Under the pieces are notes generated by a model that made no database searches, was not told where the DNA came from, and saw only the letters and a program-made list of their open reading frames with translations. From NCBI RefSeq assembly GCF_963921235.1, contig NC_086097.1, forward strand, positions 164,798,001 to 164,862,000: a DNA stretch of 64,000 nt. Reading direction: 5' to 3'. Made by a program: the position numbers and the translations under genes. The stretch is from Mobula hypostoma. Lineage: Eukaryota. Below, in pieces: positions 1 to 12,108 of this stretch. The number at the start of each line of letters is the position of its first letter. The stretch's first letter is position 1.

Positions 1-105
1 AAAGTTGAGTGTGCATCTTCAAGCTCCTGTACCTCCTCCCTGATGGTAGTAATGAGAGGAGATATGTCCTTGATGGTGAAGGTTCTTATTGATGGATGCC
101 GCCTA
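1..105 (-). mobile_element. Rex1/Babar-type LINE 3' fragment
   Basis: Minus strand reads LLPSGRRYRS-like, the same C-terminal motif as the Rex copies at 13483 (+) and 54124 (-). Confidence 0.5.
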
Positions 106-1902
106 CATCCAATTTCTAATGCTTTAATTACATAAATTGAAGTACAGAAAAAAATCACCCATGAGATGACCATTAGAACCTAGCAATGCACTAGTTCACT
201 GAACTTATATTCCACAAGCTACGCTGAACAAGTGGGGCACAAATCACCTACCAAGGATGACTGACATTGAAATATTTGATGCAATTCTTTGAAATCAGGT
301 TCAATAAGCTACTAAGAGACGGATGCCAATATTGCAATACTTAACACGACGATTGTGCCAACAACAGGATTCTTCTCTTTCCTCCTTCACTGTCTTGGGT
401 AATTTCTGTATAATTTATGTTCACTATGTTGTCTGAATCTACGTTACTGTGATGCAAGTTTTTCATGGTAGCTGTACCTCATCATACTTGTGCACATGAC
501 AATGGACTTGACTTAATCCCTGTTTGCTCACATTAGAGCTTTGCTTCTGAACTTTCCCCCATAGGTGCAGACTCTGAATGTGGGATAGTTACCTGGAACC
601 CAGGCATGACTAGCTTTTTCAGTTCATCCTGTACAGCAACTGTTGAGGCATGATTCAACTGTAATGCCAACACATCTACACATAACAACAAGTTGTTTTT
701 CAATGCTGGGGCCAGTCCTGTAGTCTCCTATGGTTGGTTGTTCTTCAGTATTATTATGCTTCATGGAAATATCTGTGTGACCCAGTCAATTTCAGCAGGG
801 CTCTTCCTCGAGAATTTTCCCATCTTTTAGCTCTAAAGACAATGCATCATTAAATATTATGGTTGTCAATGTTCAGGAGCATAAATAAATCTTGATTTCT
901 AGTTTTAAGATTTTCAGTTAACTAGAGCATTGGAATAATTTATCATATGGGTGACAGCATTACTGTGTAAAACTTTGGAAAGGAAGCGATTGATGGTTAA
1001 TGGAAGTGCATGTGATTCACTTTTATTGATGCAGGAATTGCGAGATTGATGGAACTGAATAATAGAGCTGAATTTGAAATGTACCCCTTATCACCAAGCC
1101 AACAAAATGCTTCAATTCTCTTTCAGTTATTTGTTTAAGCAGCTTGTCCTGTTGACGTCATGAAAATAGTTCCCTCTGCCCAGCACTGTCCTAGGACAGG
1201 AGCAATGACTGGTGGTAACCATGGTGCTGTTGGAATATGCTCTGTACAAAACAACATTCAGGATCTGTTGAAGTGAAAAAGATGGTTTAAAAAATGAGTT
1301 GATAGATGCCAAACTTGACAATTAAGACATGGACTTTTCCTTGTTGTTGCTGCATAGGGCAACATGAATACCACTGTCTTGTTTTGCTGGTGACAAAAGA
1401 GCTTTGGAAAATAGTTGATCTGGCTTTACTGTTCTCCTTTTTAAAAAGTACAAACTACAGCAGTTTACTAAAAGTTTCATTCACATATGTATATGTATTT
1501 GCATAATTTGGGCAGAATTGCTGCTGCATATCTCCAGGGACCCAGGTTCCTTACCTGGATTTCTTAAATGAGACCAAATGGGTTTCCTTAGAGTCTCTGG
1601 TTTCTTCCTAAAGATGTGCAGGTAAGTTAATTGACTATTGTAAATGACCTCTTAGAGTAGGTAAGTAGAAACAAAACAGAGGGCCATTGAACAGCAGGTG
1701 GAAGAGAAAGAGAGGGTGGGGAATAAATTGCAGGGGTACGAGGAAATAAGAAGAGGGGGAAAGAGATTGCTTTGCCAGCATATGTTCCTTTCTTCTGTGT
1801 TGCAATAAGTAATGCATGGCTGCTGTGGCTTATGTGATTTTCCATTTACTTTTTACCATTGCAATGTTCTAATCTTTCCTCCTTCTATTTTCTGCTTGCA
1901 AG

Positions 1903-2112
1903 GAGTTTCCTTGGCCCTCAGTAGCTCCACCACTGGAACCCTGCTTCTCACGGCCTGCCAGGCCAGCCAACCAGCGCCCACCATCGCGGTGGGCTTCACT
2001 CTCACCTTCTGCCTCACAGTCTTCATCCTCTGGGGATTTAGTTTGCATCGGTCAACCGAGTGAACCTCCTGCAACGGATCAAGAACATGACCCAGAGCAC
2101 AAGCCTGCATAG
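1903..2112 (+). CDS. Putative terminal coding exon of an unidentified host gene (EFPWPSVAPPLEPCFSRPARPANQRPPSRWAS...DQEHDPEHKPA*)
   Basis: Branch-like CTAAT at 1869-1873, a polypyrimidine tract and AG at 1901-1902. The frame is open for 69 codons to TAG 2110-2112, exactly where composition turns AT-rich, and UTR-like sequence follows. A second frame (GVSLALSS...HRSTE*, stop at 2063) is also open, so the frame is uncertain. Confidence 0.5.
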   Translation, partial: EFPWPSVAPPLEPCFSRPARPANQRPPSRWASLSPSASQSSSSGDLVCIGQPSEPPATDQEHDPEHKPA

Positions 2113-3710
2113 TACACAAGTTAATAACAAAAAACACTAATTCACAGTCCCAATGATCCTGTATGGCGGAAAATTCTACTCAACATTCAGTTATGAAGGA
2201 TTCAACAAATCAGGAATGAACTGTTGTGTATCAAACCTATAATATAACTGCAGTGTCTGTGCTTAAGAATGAGAGTGCTATCCAGACAGACGGCTGGAAA
2301 GATAGCAGTTTCTTTGCTTGTAATGCAGTAGTTTATGAGTGTTTATTTTACTTAGCCATATTGTTTGGCAGACAAAGCAATTTGAAAGGTAGACTTTGAA
2401 GATACACTCCTCCCATCTGTCTGCTTTTCCATCAATGGGACTGGGACTGTGGTGAGGATTTTTTTTTCCCACTGCAACCAGGTGACATGCATTCAGTGTC
2501 ATTTTCCTGGCAGCTGGAAATCTTGTGATTACAGTGCAGATCTCCTAAATAAGAATGGGTAGATATGGTTTCTATGTTCCCAGTGCTACCTGTTAGATAT
2601 GTCTGAAACTGCAATTGGAATGAACTTTTCTGTGTTTTTAAGCTGGATAATTTGCTTCAGGTCCAACAGTGAGAAGACAAATGTTCATTGCCATCTTGTC
2701 AAAGATGCTCTGGCTGGCCACCAAGTTGCCCTGCAGTTATGACTTAATCACCCTACCATTCCTGATGGTTGAACAGAGCCATTGGACCCATTCACGTGTG
2801 GATCTTTTATCCAGTGGAAAAAAAATTATAATAAATGCAAAAAAGTATTTTAAAGTATCACAATAAAAAAATAACATTATATCTACACAATCTTGTAATT
2901 CATTGCTTACGGTAGCTTCACAGTATTACCTTACGGCATTGCACGCCTCAGTAGGATGGCTATGGTGCCAAGGTTTTTGTTTGTAAAATGTGTGCTATCC
3001 AAAAGAGGAAGGTTCTAGAGAAATTGAAGGGGTTGGAGTGGTCTCTCAGTAATTTGGGCTGCCTTTCTTTTACATTGCACTGTATTGGTTTCCATGTAAA
3101 ATAGTCCTAATTATATTCTTTTAAAAAACACATTAGTTTTTATTTTACTATTGATGCCAGTGTGATTTTGTAAAGTGCTTCATATGGATTGAAGCTTTAG
3201 TTTTAATGACACAGAGTTTACGGTGCTCTCAAGTAAAGCAAGTAAACCCAGGTTTAGGGACAAGAAAAGAAATTATATTGAATAGAGTTTAATTTTTTTT
3301 TGCTAGAGCATAAAGCAAAAAAGAAGAATGATAAGGACAGTCTTAATAAGTTAGTTAAATGACGGTACAATACTTGACTTGCATGCCATTGGGTCCATAG
3401 CACTTTAGTGCATGTATATAGCTACTGTACCCCAATATCACAAAAATGAACAAAACGACAAAGAATCCACTGTTACGATGTTGTGAGGTTAATCATGTAC
3501 TGTATTTTAATTATTGGTGTTTCTTGCATTAACTAAGGAGAAAGCATTTTTAACTAAATTATTGTAACAGTTCAACTGTCTGTGTACAGTATTGATAATT
3601 TTTGGAAAATATTGAGATATTGTTCAAACTTAATATTGTAATGAATGTCTTTAGGGTTCAGTGTAAGACAATTTACCCATAAATAAAAGTTCAAATTTCC
3701 AACACCTGAT
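2113..3710 (+). other. Putative 3' UTR
   Basis: About 1.6 kb of AT-rich sequence with no recognisable TE, in an otherwise TE-saturated window. It has several miRNA seed matches, a Pumilio element TGTATATA at 3413-3420, and AATAAA at 2862 and 3682. Confidence 0.55.
3682..3687 (+). promoter_or_regulatory. Polyadenylation signal AATAAA
   Basis: Canonical hexamer at the end of the UTR-like block, with T/GT-rich sequence downstream. Confidence 0.45.
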
Positions 3711-6099
3711 TTTGCTTCTCAAATCCTTTTAGAGAGAAACAATGCCTGGTTCATCTTTGCAAGTTGACTTGTGTCTAGGTGTGAGAGTTTGATTGTGTGT
3801 GATAGAGTGAGAAAGTGCAAGGTTCTTTGTATGAAAGAATGTGTTGTGGTTGAGTGTGCATGCAAAAGTTTATGCATCTGGATTTGTGTGAGACTTATCC
3901 TGAAATCCATCTAGGAATATGGAAGAAAGAATATGGGTCAGGATATTCTAGGGTTACCTCTAGTCAATTGCCTTTGTACTACCTTCTACAATTTATTTTT
4001 TTTATGAATTGTGTATATGATGCTAAGTGCCCATGATGCTGCTACACACGTCTTTTACTGCATACGTGTACTTGTATTTGACAATCAATTAAACCATGAC
4101 TGTAGACAAGTCAACACACTACCCACAATACATACTGCTCATTTCCATCTGCAGATACTGCCTGGACTACTGAATTCTTCTAGCAGTTTGTTTTTTTTCC
4201 ATTATTCCTGTTATTTTGTAATCAAATGCCTTTTTGGAACAAATCTCATGTCTTCCCAGTTGTTGGATGTTATGTTCACAAAAGGAACTGTTGTTCCCTG
4301 TTTACACAGTCCTAGCTCCGACTCCGTGTGAACCACAAGAGAATTAAGATCACCAGACCTGATAACATTCCCAGTCTCTGGCACAATGGTTTATGCCAAA
4401 TGAGAAAATAAGCAAAAATTGGTCAGGAGACTTTGAAATCTGCCAGTTTCCCAAAATTTTAACATATTGAGTCTCAATACAAACTGACAGGATGTAAAAA
4501 CAATGTGGCTTTCTTTTATTATTCATGTGGCAAGCCACTTTTTTGTAAATTTGATCTTCTTCTAGAGAGTCATTATCATATAGGATAAAAACAGGCCCTT
4601 TGGCCCAACTGTTACAAGCCAGCCAAGGTACCCATCTAAACTAGTCTCATTTGCCCACATTGGTTGATAGTCCTCAAACTATTTGCCACTTGAAGAATCT
4701 GTCATTTTCCTCTCAGGCACCACATCCTTCCAGAATTCCTGGTTCAGCTTCCAGTCACCTTCATTCTAATCTTTCCCAATATTGTATCATTCAACCACAG
4801 GGGATGCAATAGACCCCAAGATACTTAATTACTCCCACACAATACTCCAGGCCCGCAATTACTATTCCTCAAGACACAGCAATTTATTCCCATAATGGAG
4901 AGATATGCAAGAGGCAGCTGGAAATGCCCTATGGGTCAAGCAGTGTCTGTGAGGGAAAAGGACTGTCTACATTTTTGGTCACAACCCCGCATTGGGACCT
5001 GAAAGGGGCAACGGACAAGCAGAGAAATGTTTGTATATACATTCAAACGGTTGCTTTTTAATTTAAGAGGGGAAGGAACATCGTCCATGGCCTTCAACAC
5101 ATTCCTGCCAACAAATTGAATTACACCACATCTAGGCTGAGGGGAAGTTCCCAGTTGAAGCATTTTTGGGGAGAAAGTTGTGCACAGTGTTGGATGTGAT
5201 GATTGTAACAACATAACATCTTGAAACAGCAGATGATTAGGTGTACAAAGACAGCCATATCAATCTTGGTCAACATGCAAAATCATTCAAGCTCAGAGCT
5301 GCAGTGTGGACCACACAGTCTCACAATGGGTAAACCCCCATGTACCAAGTCAGATTGCCAAATGAATGGGGAAAGTGCTCTACAGAGTTATCACAGAAGG
5401 ACATCACTGGCATTCCCACATCAATCAGTTGCAGCCATGTGCTCCTGAAGGCTCTGTGAAAATGCTGTCCCTCATGTCCCCTGTAAATCTTTCCCCTCTC
5501 ACCTTGTGCCTATTTTTGAACTCCCCTGCCCGAGGAAAATGACTGCGATCATACACCTTATCTATTACCCTCATAATTCTATAAACCTCTAAGGTCACCC
5601 CTCTGCCTTCTGGAATCCTCTCAGAGACTGCAGAGTGCTGATATACCTAAACAATTTCCAAAGTGCAAATCATAGGCTCCAACATTTCCAAAATCACATT
5701 CAAGATGAAAAGGAAACATAAAAGACGTAAGTAGTGAAATATATGGTTTCATGATCTATCCAGAAGATGTTGCCCGAAGGAGCATTATACTGAGGTGCCA
5801 TCCTAACCGGAAGTTCCATTCCGAATCAACCCTCGGTTCAAATCCTTCACGAGGGAGATGTTACAGCGAGACAGAACACTCAGCACCCAGTGGTCAGCTG
5901 AAACCAATCCCAGCCTCACTGATAGGTCGTTATCCCAACCAAGGACTCACTTGTTCTGGGGTAAACCACCTAAGTAGTCGTACTGGAGAGTGAGAGTTTG
6001 GGTTGAGTTTTGAGACTGACATAGTTTTACCAAATAAAGGGTTGTTTTGAATTCCAGCTTGTTCTATTGTCTGGCTATGGATCTCCTCAGTATTTATAG

Positions 6100-6805
6100 G
6101 CAAGCGAGCACCATGTTATCCAAGGCCTGAAATCCATACAAGCCACATGCATCACGCTGTCCTTATCAGCTTTGTTGGTCACCTCAAAAATTTCAATCAA
6201 GTTCCTAAAATATGATCTTTCATACACAAAGCCATGTGACTAATTAACCTCCATCTCTTCGGACGTACATATATATTTACCCCTCAGAATTCTCTCCAGT
6301 AATTTACCCACCAAGGATGTTAGACTTACTTGTCTATGGTTCGCAGGTTTTTCTTTGCCACCCTTCTTAAATAAAGGCATTACATTTGCTACCCACCAGT
6401 CTACCAGCACCTCGCCAATATCTAACAATGATGCAAATATCTCAGTCAGCACCCCTGCAATTTCTTCAGTAGTCTCCCAAAGTGTTCTTTGATAATGTGG
6501 TCAGGTCCAGGAGTTTTGTCTACTTTCATACAAGACCATGAGATATGAGAGCAGAATTAGGCCATTTGACACATCAAGTCTGCTCCACCATTTTATCATG
6601 ACTTATCCACTTCCCTCTCAGACCCCATCTCCTGCCTTCTCCCCTTCTCCCCATATCCCTTCATGCCCCAACTAATCAAGAATCTATCAGCCTCTGCCTT
6701 AAATATACATAAAGACTTGGCCTCCACAGCTGCCTGTGACAATGAATTCCACAGTTGCACAACTCTGGCTAAAGAAATTTCTCCTCATCTCCATTCTAAA
6801 TGTTT
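6100..6805 (-). mobile_element. Degenerate CR1 LINE fragments (RT region plus a nested 3' end)
   Basis: ORF pieces WVANVMPLFKKGGKEKPANHRQVSLTSLVGKLLE and RMEMRRNFFSQ match the intact CR1 ORFs elsewhere in the window. Confidence 0.75.
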
Positions 6806-7982
6806 TTTTTAAAGAATCCAACACCTCCTGTACTGTAATGTGGACTATCCCCAAGACCTCCCTATTTACTTTGGACAGAAACAAACAGTTAACATTTTGG
6901 GCTGAAACCCTTCATTGGGATGTCTGCATCACAAAAAAAGAAGAAGACATCAAATCCTTCAGGTCTTTCTCAACAGTAAAAATGGGAGAAGTATTCATTA
7001 AGGACCTTGCCCATCTGCTGCAGCACCACACCAAGGTGTCCTCTTTGGTCAATCGGGGCCTTAAAGACTTAGTTTTCCCTTGTACTCTCTCAATGTGATG
7101 TTGTGATGAAATGATTTGTACAAATGGCAAGCAAAACTAAGTTTTTTCACTGTACTTCAGTATATGTGACAACAAGAAACAAATTTACCAATTTTATACT
7201 TTACATTTAGCAAGTTGGACATAGTGTGGGAAACAGTTAAGGAGATTATAGTACTGAATCAATTGCCCCCTAGAATGGGCAAATTTGAAGTCAGAGATGC
7301 AAGTATTGGATAAACCCAGGAGTTCATACGGGGATATTTCCATGATCAAACTCTAAAATACAAGCAAAAGACTTACGTGGGAAATACAACAAAAATCTTG
7401 TTTCTGCCTGTTACAACCAGAAAGACAAATATTGTTTGCTCTTTGTTCGACCCTGGACTGAGCCCACACTTGAGCCTCAAGCTAGTACAGATCACTAAGG
7501 AAAACAATGTTATTACATCTACCCATTGTCTGTCACTGTTAGAGCTAGCCAGTTAGTCCCAATCCTCCTTCCCCTTACTCTTGCAACCAATTTCTCTTTA
7601 GTCCAACTCCCTTTTAAAGTTACTATGAAACTTGCTTCCTAAGTTTTGGACAATGCATTCTAGATGACAAGAAACCTTATGCCAGGACAGAGGGCGTGAA
7701 CACCTTCCAGTTGCACCAGTACTTACCCACCAATTCAATTCTGTATCTTTGTGCTCAGAGCATAATATTTGCCTGTGCACTCAATGATGTTGCATTATGA
7801 TTCAGGCTTCCTTGTGTTGTCCAGGATATGAGAATTTGAATCCAGGTTTAGAAACATTACTAATACCCAGCATAGCATGGATGAGCAGCTAACAATAGGC
7901 AATGACAATGATATTAGGCTGATAATATGAACGTAGAAATAGTTGTCAAATTGAGGAAAGCAATGAGATGGCCTACAGAACA

Positions 7983-8170
7983 ACAAACACAAAGTGCTGG
8001 AGGAACCCAGAGGGTCAGGCAGTATCTATGAAGGGAAATGAACAACCGATGAATCAGCCCAAAATGTCATCTCTTCATTTCCTTCCATTGGTGCTGTCTG
8101 ATCAGCAGAGTTCCTCCAGCATTCTATGTGTTGCTCAAGATTTCCAGCACCTGCAGAATCTCGCGTATCC
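7983..8170. mobile_element. Old Penelope-terminus-derived inverted-repeat element
   Basis: Arms at ~7985-8042 and ~8073-8133 are imperfect reverse complements, followed by the ccagcacctgcaga tail seen in other PLE ends here. Confidence 0.6.
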
Positions 8171-8453
8171 CCTAGATGGTTTATAGGTTTATGCACTGGA
8201 CTAGGCCAAGACTTTACCAGCACAGTAGCAAAACATCTGCAAGTAATACACATTAAAAAAATATAAACACTAGCTCTCTTGGGAGCTTCTACAAGAGTTG
8301 CAATATAACTTTCAGGAACCAAGTATTCAAAGCCCCTAGTGTAGTTATGTTAGAACACAGAAATAATCCACAACATCGAGAATCAGGACATACTCTGGCC
8401 TCTGTCCTTCCTCTAGAAAACTCAGCTGTTCCATTTACAAATAGGATAAATAA

Positions 8454-9216
8454 CATTTCCTCTCACAATAAACAACATGTTTAACTTTCCTTCTTCATTC
8501 TAAATGATGCAATAGAATCCACAGATTCTCTGCTTCTTTCACAACACTACCATTGCTAGAGAGGGTGCAGAAAATTTTTACAAGGATGTTGCCAGAAATG
8601 GAAGACTTATTTTGCAGGAGACTGAATAGGTTGTGACTGTTTTTGCCAGAGTGGAGGTGGTAGAGGGGTGACCTTAGAGGTTTATAGAATTATGAGGGTA
8701 ATAGATAAGGTGTATGATCGCAGTCATTTTCCTCGGGCAGGGGAGTTCAAAAATAGGCACAAGGTGAGAAGGGAAAGATTTACAGGGGACATGAGGGACA
8801 GCATTTTCACACAGAGGGTTGTGGGTATACGGAACCAAGTACCAGAAGAAGTGATAGAGACGAGTACAATTACAAAGTTTAAAAGATATCTAGACAGGCA
8901 TATGTGTAGGGATGTGCTCCAATGAGACTTGATCTGGAAGAGAGCTTGTCAGCATAGATATGATGGGCCAAAAGGCCTGTCTCTGTACATGTCCATGCCA
9001 TTGACACAATTTTCCCCAGTACTCGATACTACTAAATCTCATCTGAACAGCTGTTAATCGTACAACTCTCAGAACTCCCGGCACCATCTCACCCTACGTA
9101 ACTGAAGCACAATTTCCTTACTTACTGCATTCATTTCCTCTCACAATAAACAACATGTTTAACTTTCCGTCTTCATTCTACATGATGCAATAGAATCCAC
9201 AGATCCTCTGCTTCTT
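8454..9216 (+). repeat. 85-bp direct repeat pair (8454-8538 and 9132-9216)
   Basis: catttcctctcacaataaac...tgcttctt occurs twice with 3 mismatches by manual comparison. Confidence 0.9.
8550..8995 (+). mobile_element. CR1 LINE 3' fragment
   Basis: EVYRIMRVIDKV...FTQRVVGIRNQVPEEV, homologous to the CR1 ORF2 C-terminus. Confidence 0.75.
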
Positions 9217-11327
9217 AGCCTCACTAAATCTCCTCCAATGCACACTCATTTATCTAGCTAGCTTGTTTCCCCTATCCTCTCCTCTGCCTGGATCCACCTG
9301 CCAACTATTCCCTCTCCACATGTCTCCACCAATCTCCCACCAGCCTCTGAAACACCACTGTTATCTGGTCCAATCTGCCCATCATCCCATCCCCACCTCA
9401 TTCTGCCTATTATGTAGCAGTCTCCATCTCATGCCTCTACATACTACTACAATGGCAGATTTTCCTCCTCAGTTTCTCCAATCCACTGCTTTTGCCTCCA
9501 CAAATTGCAGTGTAGACTGGTGAAAGGCTTACAATCATACAGCTTTAGGGGAATTTTATTCTGGCTGAGCTTTTAACAATAGCATCTTTTTCCATTTCAT
9601 TCACTGCCAAGACAGAAGATGGCTTTGGAACAAAGGAATGCCATAAATCATTTGATGAAATCTCAAGCCTACACAAAGATCAGAGGGAGTATGTTGGTCT
9701 AACAGTGAAACATCGGCAAGGCTCATTAAAGTGATCAGTATGAGACACCTTTGATTTGAGCAGATAGATTAAGATCAGACATCACAAAGAAATATACAGT
9801 AGCTCTGCTTTAGATAAATAACCAGTAGCTTTCCTGTCTATGGATGGAAAATTAAATATTTTGGATGTATAATATGTTGAGATATTTAACAGGACAGTGT
9901 TCCAATCTATATAATTGTTGTGGATAACTTGATAATCCCTCAGGAATATTACCACACAAGCTGGATATTTGATATCAAATCCGCCAGGGGGTTAAATTAT
10001 TTTTTAAGTGCATCATTGTTAAAAGTGGAAACGTGACAGAGACTGCCAACCACCGCACACATAGCCAACTCTTAGCAGACAGACATCTCACAAATGTGAG
10101 AACTAATTGGAGTTCAAGAAGCATGAAGAAATGTGAACAGACTGAGACCCCAATCTTTCAAATGGGATTTTCATTGTTTGAAATGTGTCATAGCTTGCAG
10201 CCATGAACAGTATGTGCAAAACCACGATATGGAACATTTTCCCTGCACCTATCAGAATCATTGGGCCCAATTATATGCAATTAATCTGCATTATTTTATA
10301 CTGAGAGTACCGTCATATCCACAGGGCAGTTAGCTTATATTTGAACCAAAAAAAAATATATATATATATATAAAAGCTATGCAAGGAAATGTTTGAAGAA
10401 TGTTTTAGCAAAGACAATGAGAAACAACTCGATAGGTGTACAAGATGATAATATGCATAGATAGAGCAGGCAGCCAGCAACTTTTTCCCCCCGTGCAAAA
10501 ACGGCTAAAACAAGGGGAAGATTCCCCCCCCCCCACCCCCTGACAGAATGCCAAGTGCCTGGAACACTGCCAGGGGTGGTGGTAGAGACAGACAGCTACA
10601 TTAGGGATATTTAAGGGTCCAGATAGGCACATGGATGAAATTTTAAAAATGGGGGGTTATTTGGGAGGAAAGGGTTATATTGATTTTGGAGTAGGTTAAA
10701 GGGTCGGCACATCAGGGGCTGAAGGTCTTGTACCAGGCTATACTATTCAATGATCCATGTTCTATAAACCTTAGAATGTCCATAACTCAACCTCAACCCG
10801 TCTTACCTTACAAATTGATAGCACGAGTTCAATTTGAAAATCTCATGTGCCTGATTAGAATGGGCCATTTGAGAACTTGCCTAGCTGGATGCCGACAAAT
10901 TGCTGTCCCTGTTTGGAGAATCAGATGCAAGGGTATTAGTTTCATTAAAAGAAAGCAACTATTTAGGACTGAAATAACCTTTGGAACTCTCTGTCCCAGG
11001 CACATTGGTCTTGGGATTAGAGGAAGAAAATAGACAGGGTAGGAGATCAGCTAAGATCAGCTAACAGCATAGCTCAATCAATAAGGAAAATGGCCTACTC
11101 TTGCTCTAATGCCCAATACTACATGCCTAGAAGTTGTCCTATTCTCTAAAAAGTCAGCATACCTCAGGAAGAGTTGGTCATTTTCAAACTTTAGTATATT
11201 CTCAGATTCATTCTTCTATATAAATTCTCTCCTGAATACAAAACAAAAGAACACTCGCTGCTTTATTTCACAGGAAAATAAAGCACTTGTTTGAATTGAC
11301 ACAACTGATCTTTGTGCAGCAGTACAT

Positions 11328-12108
11328 AGTCATAGTCATACTTATTGTTCCCGGGGGAAGTTGGTTTTCGTTACAGTTGCACCATAAATAATAAATAGTA
11401 ATAGAACCATAAATAGTTAAATAGTAATATGTAAATTATGAAATAAGTCCAGGACCAGCCTATCGGCTCAGAGTGTCTGACCCTCCAAGGGAGGAGTTGT
11501 AAAGTTTGATGACCACAGACAGGAATGACTTCCTATGATGCTCTGTGCTGCATCTTGGAGGAATGAGTCTCTGGCTGAATGTACTCCTGTGCCCACCCAG
11601 TACATTATGTAGTGGATGGGAGACATTGACCAAGATGGCATGCAACTTGGACAGCATCCTCTTTTCAGACACCACCGTCAGAGAGTCCAGTTCCATCCCC
11701 ACAACATCACTGGCCTTACGAATGGGTTTGTTGACTCTGTTGGTGTCTGCCACCCTCAGCCTGCTGCCCCAGCACACAACAGCAAACATGATAGCACTGG
11801 CCACCACAGACTCGTAGAACATCCTCAGCATCGTCCGGCAGATGTTAAATGACCTCAGTCTCCTCAGGAAATAGAGACGGCTCTGACCCTTCTTGTAGAC
11901 AGCCTCAGTGTTCTTAGACCAGTCCAGTTTATTGTTAATTCGTATCCCCAGGTATTTGTAATCCTCCACCATGTCTACACTGACCCTCTGGATGGAAACA
12001 GTGGTCACTGGTTTTTAAGCTCTCCTCAGATCTACCACCAGCGCCTTAGTCTTTTTCACATTAAGCTGCAGATAATTCTGCTCACACCATGTGACAAAGT
12101 TTCCTACC
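11328..12108 (-). mobile_element. Rex1/Babar-type LINE, 5'-truncated
   Basis: ORF 11460-12008 (YKYLGIRINNKLDW...RLYFLRRLRSF...FYESVVASAI), an (ATAGTC)n-type tail at 11326-11340, and a possible TSD GTACAT at 11322-11327 and 12109-12114. Confidence 0.85.

Noticed and set aside
1612..1627. Perfect donor CAG|GTAAGT
   Set aside because: It lies in what looks like a decayed SINE segment (~1515-1650) with no supported upstream coding exon.
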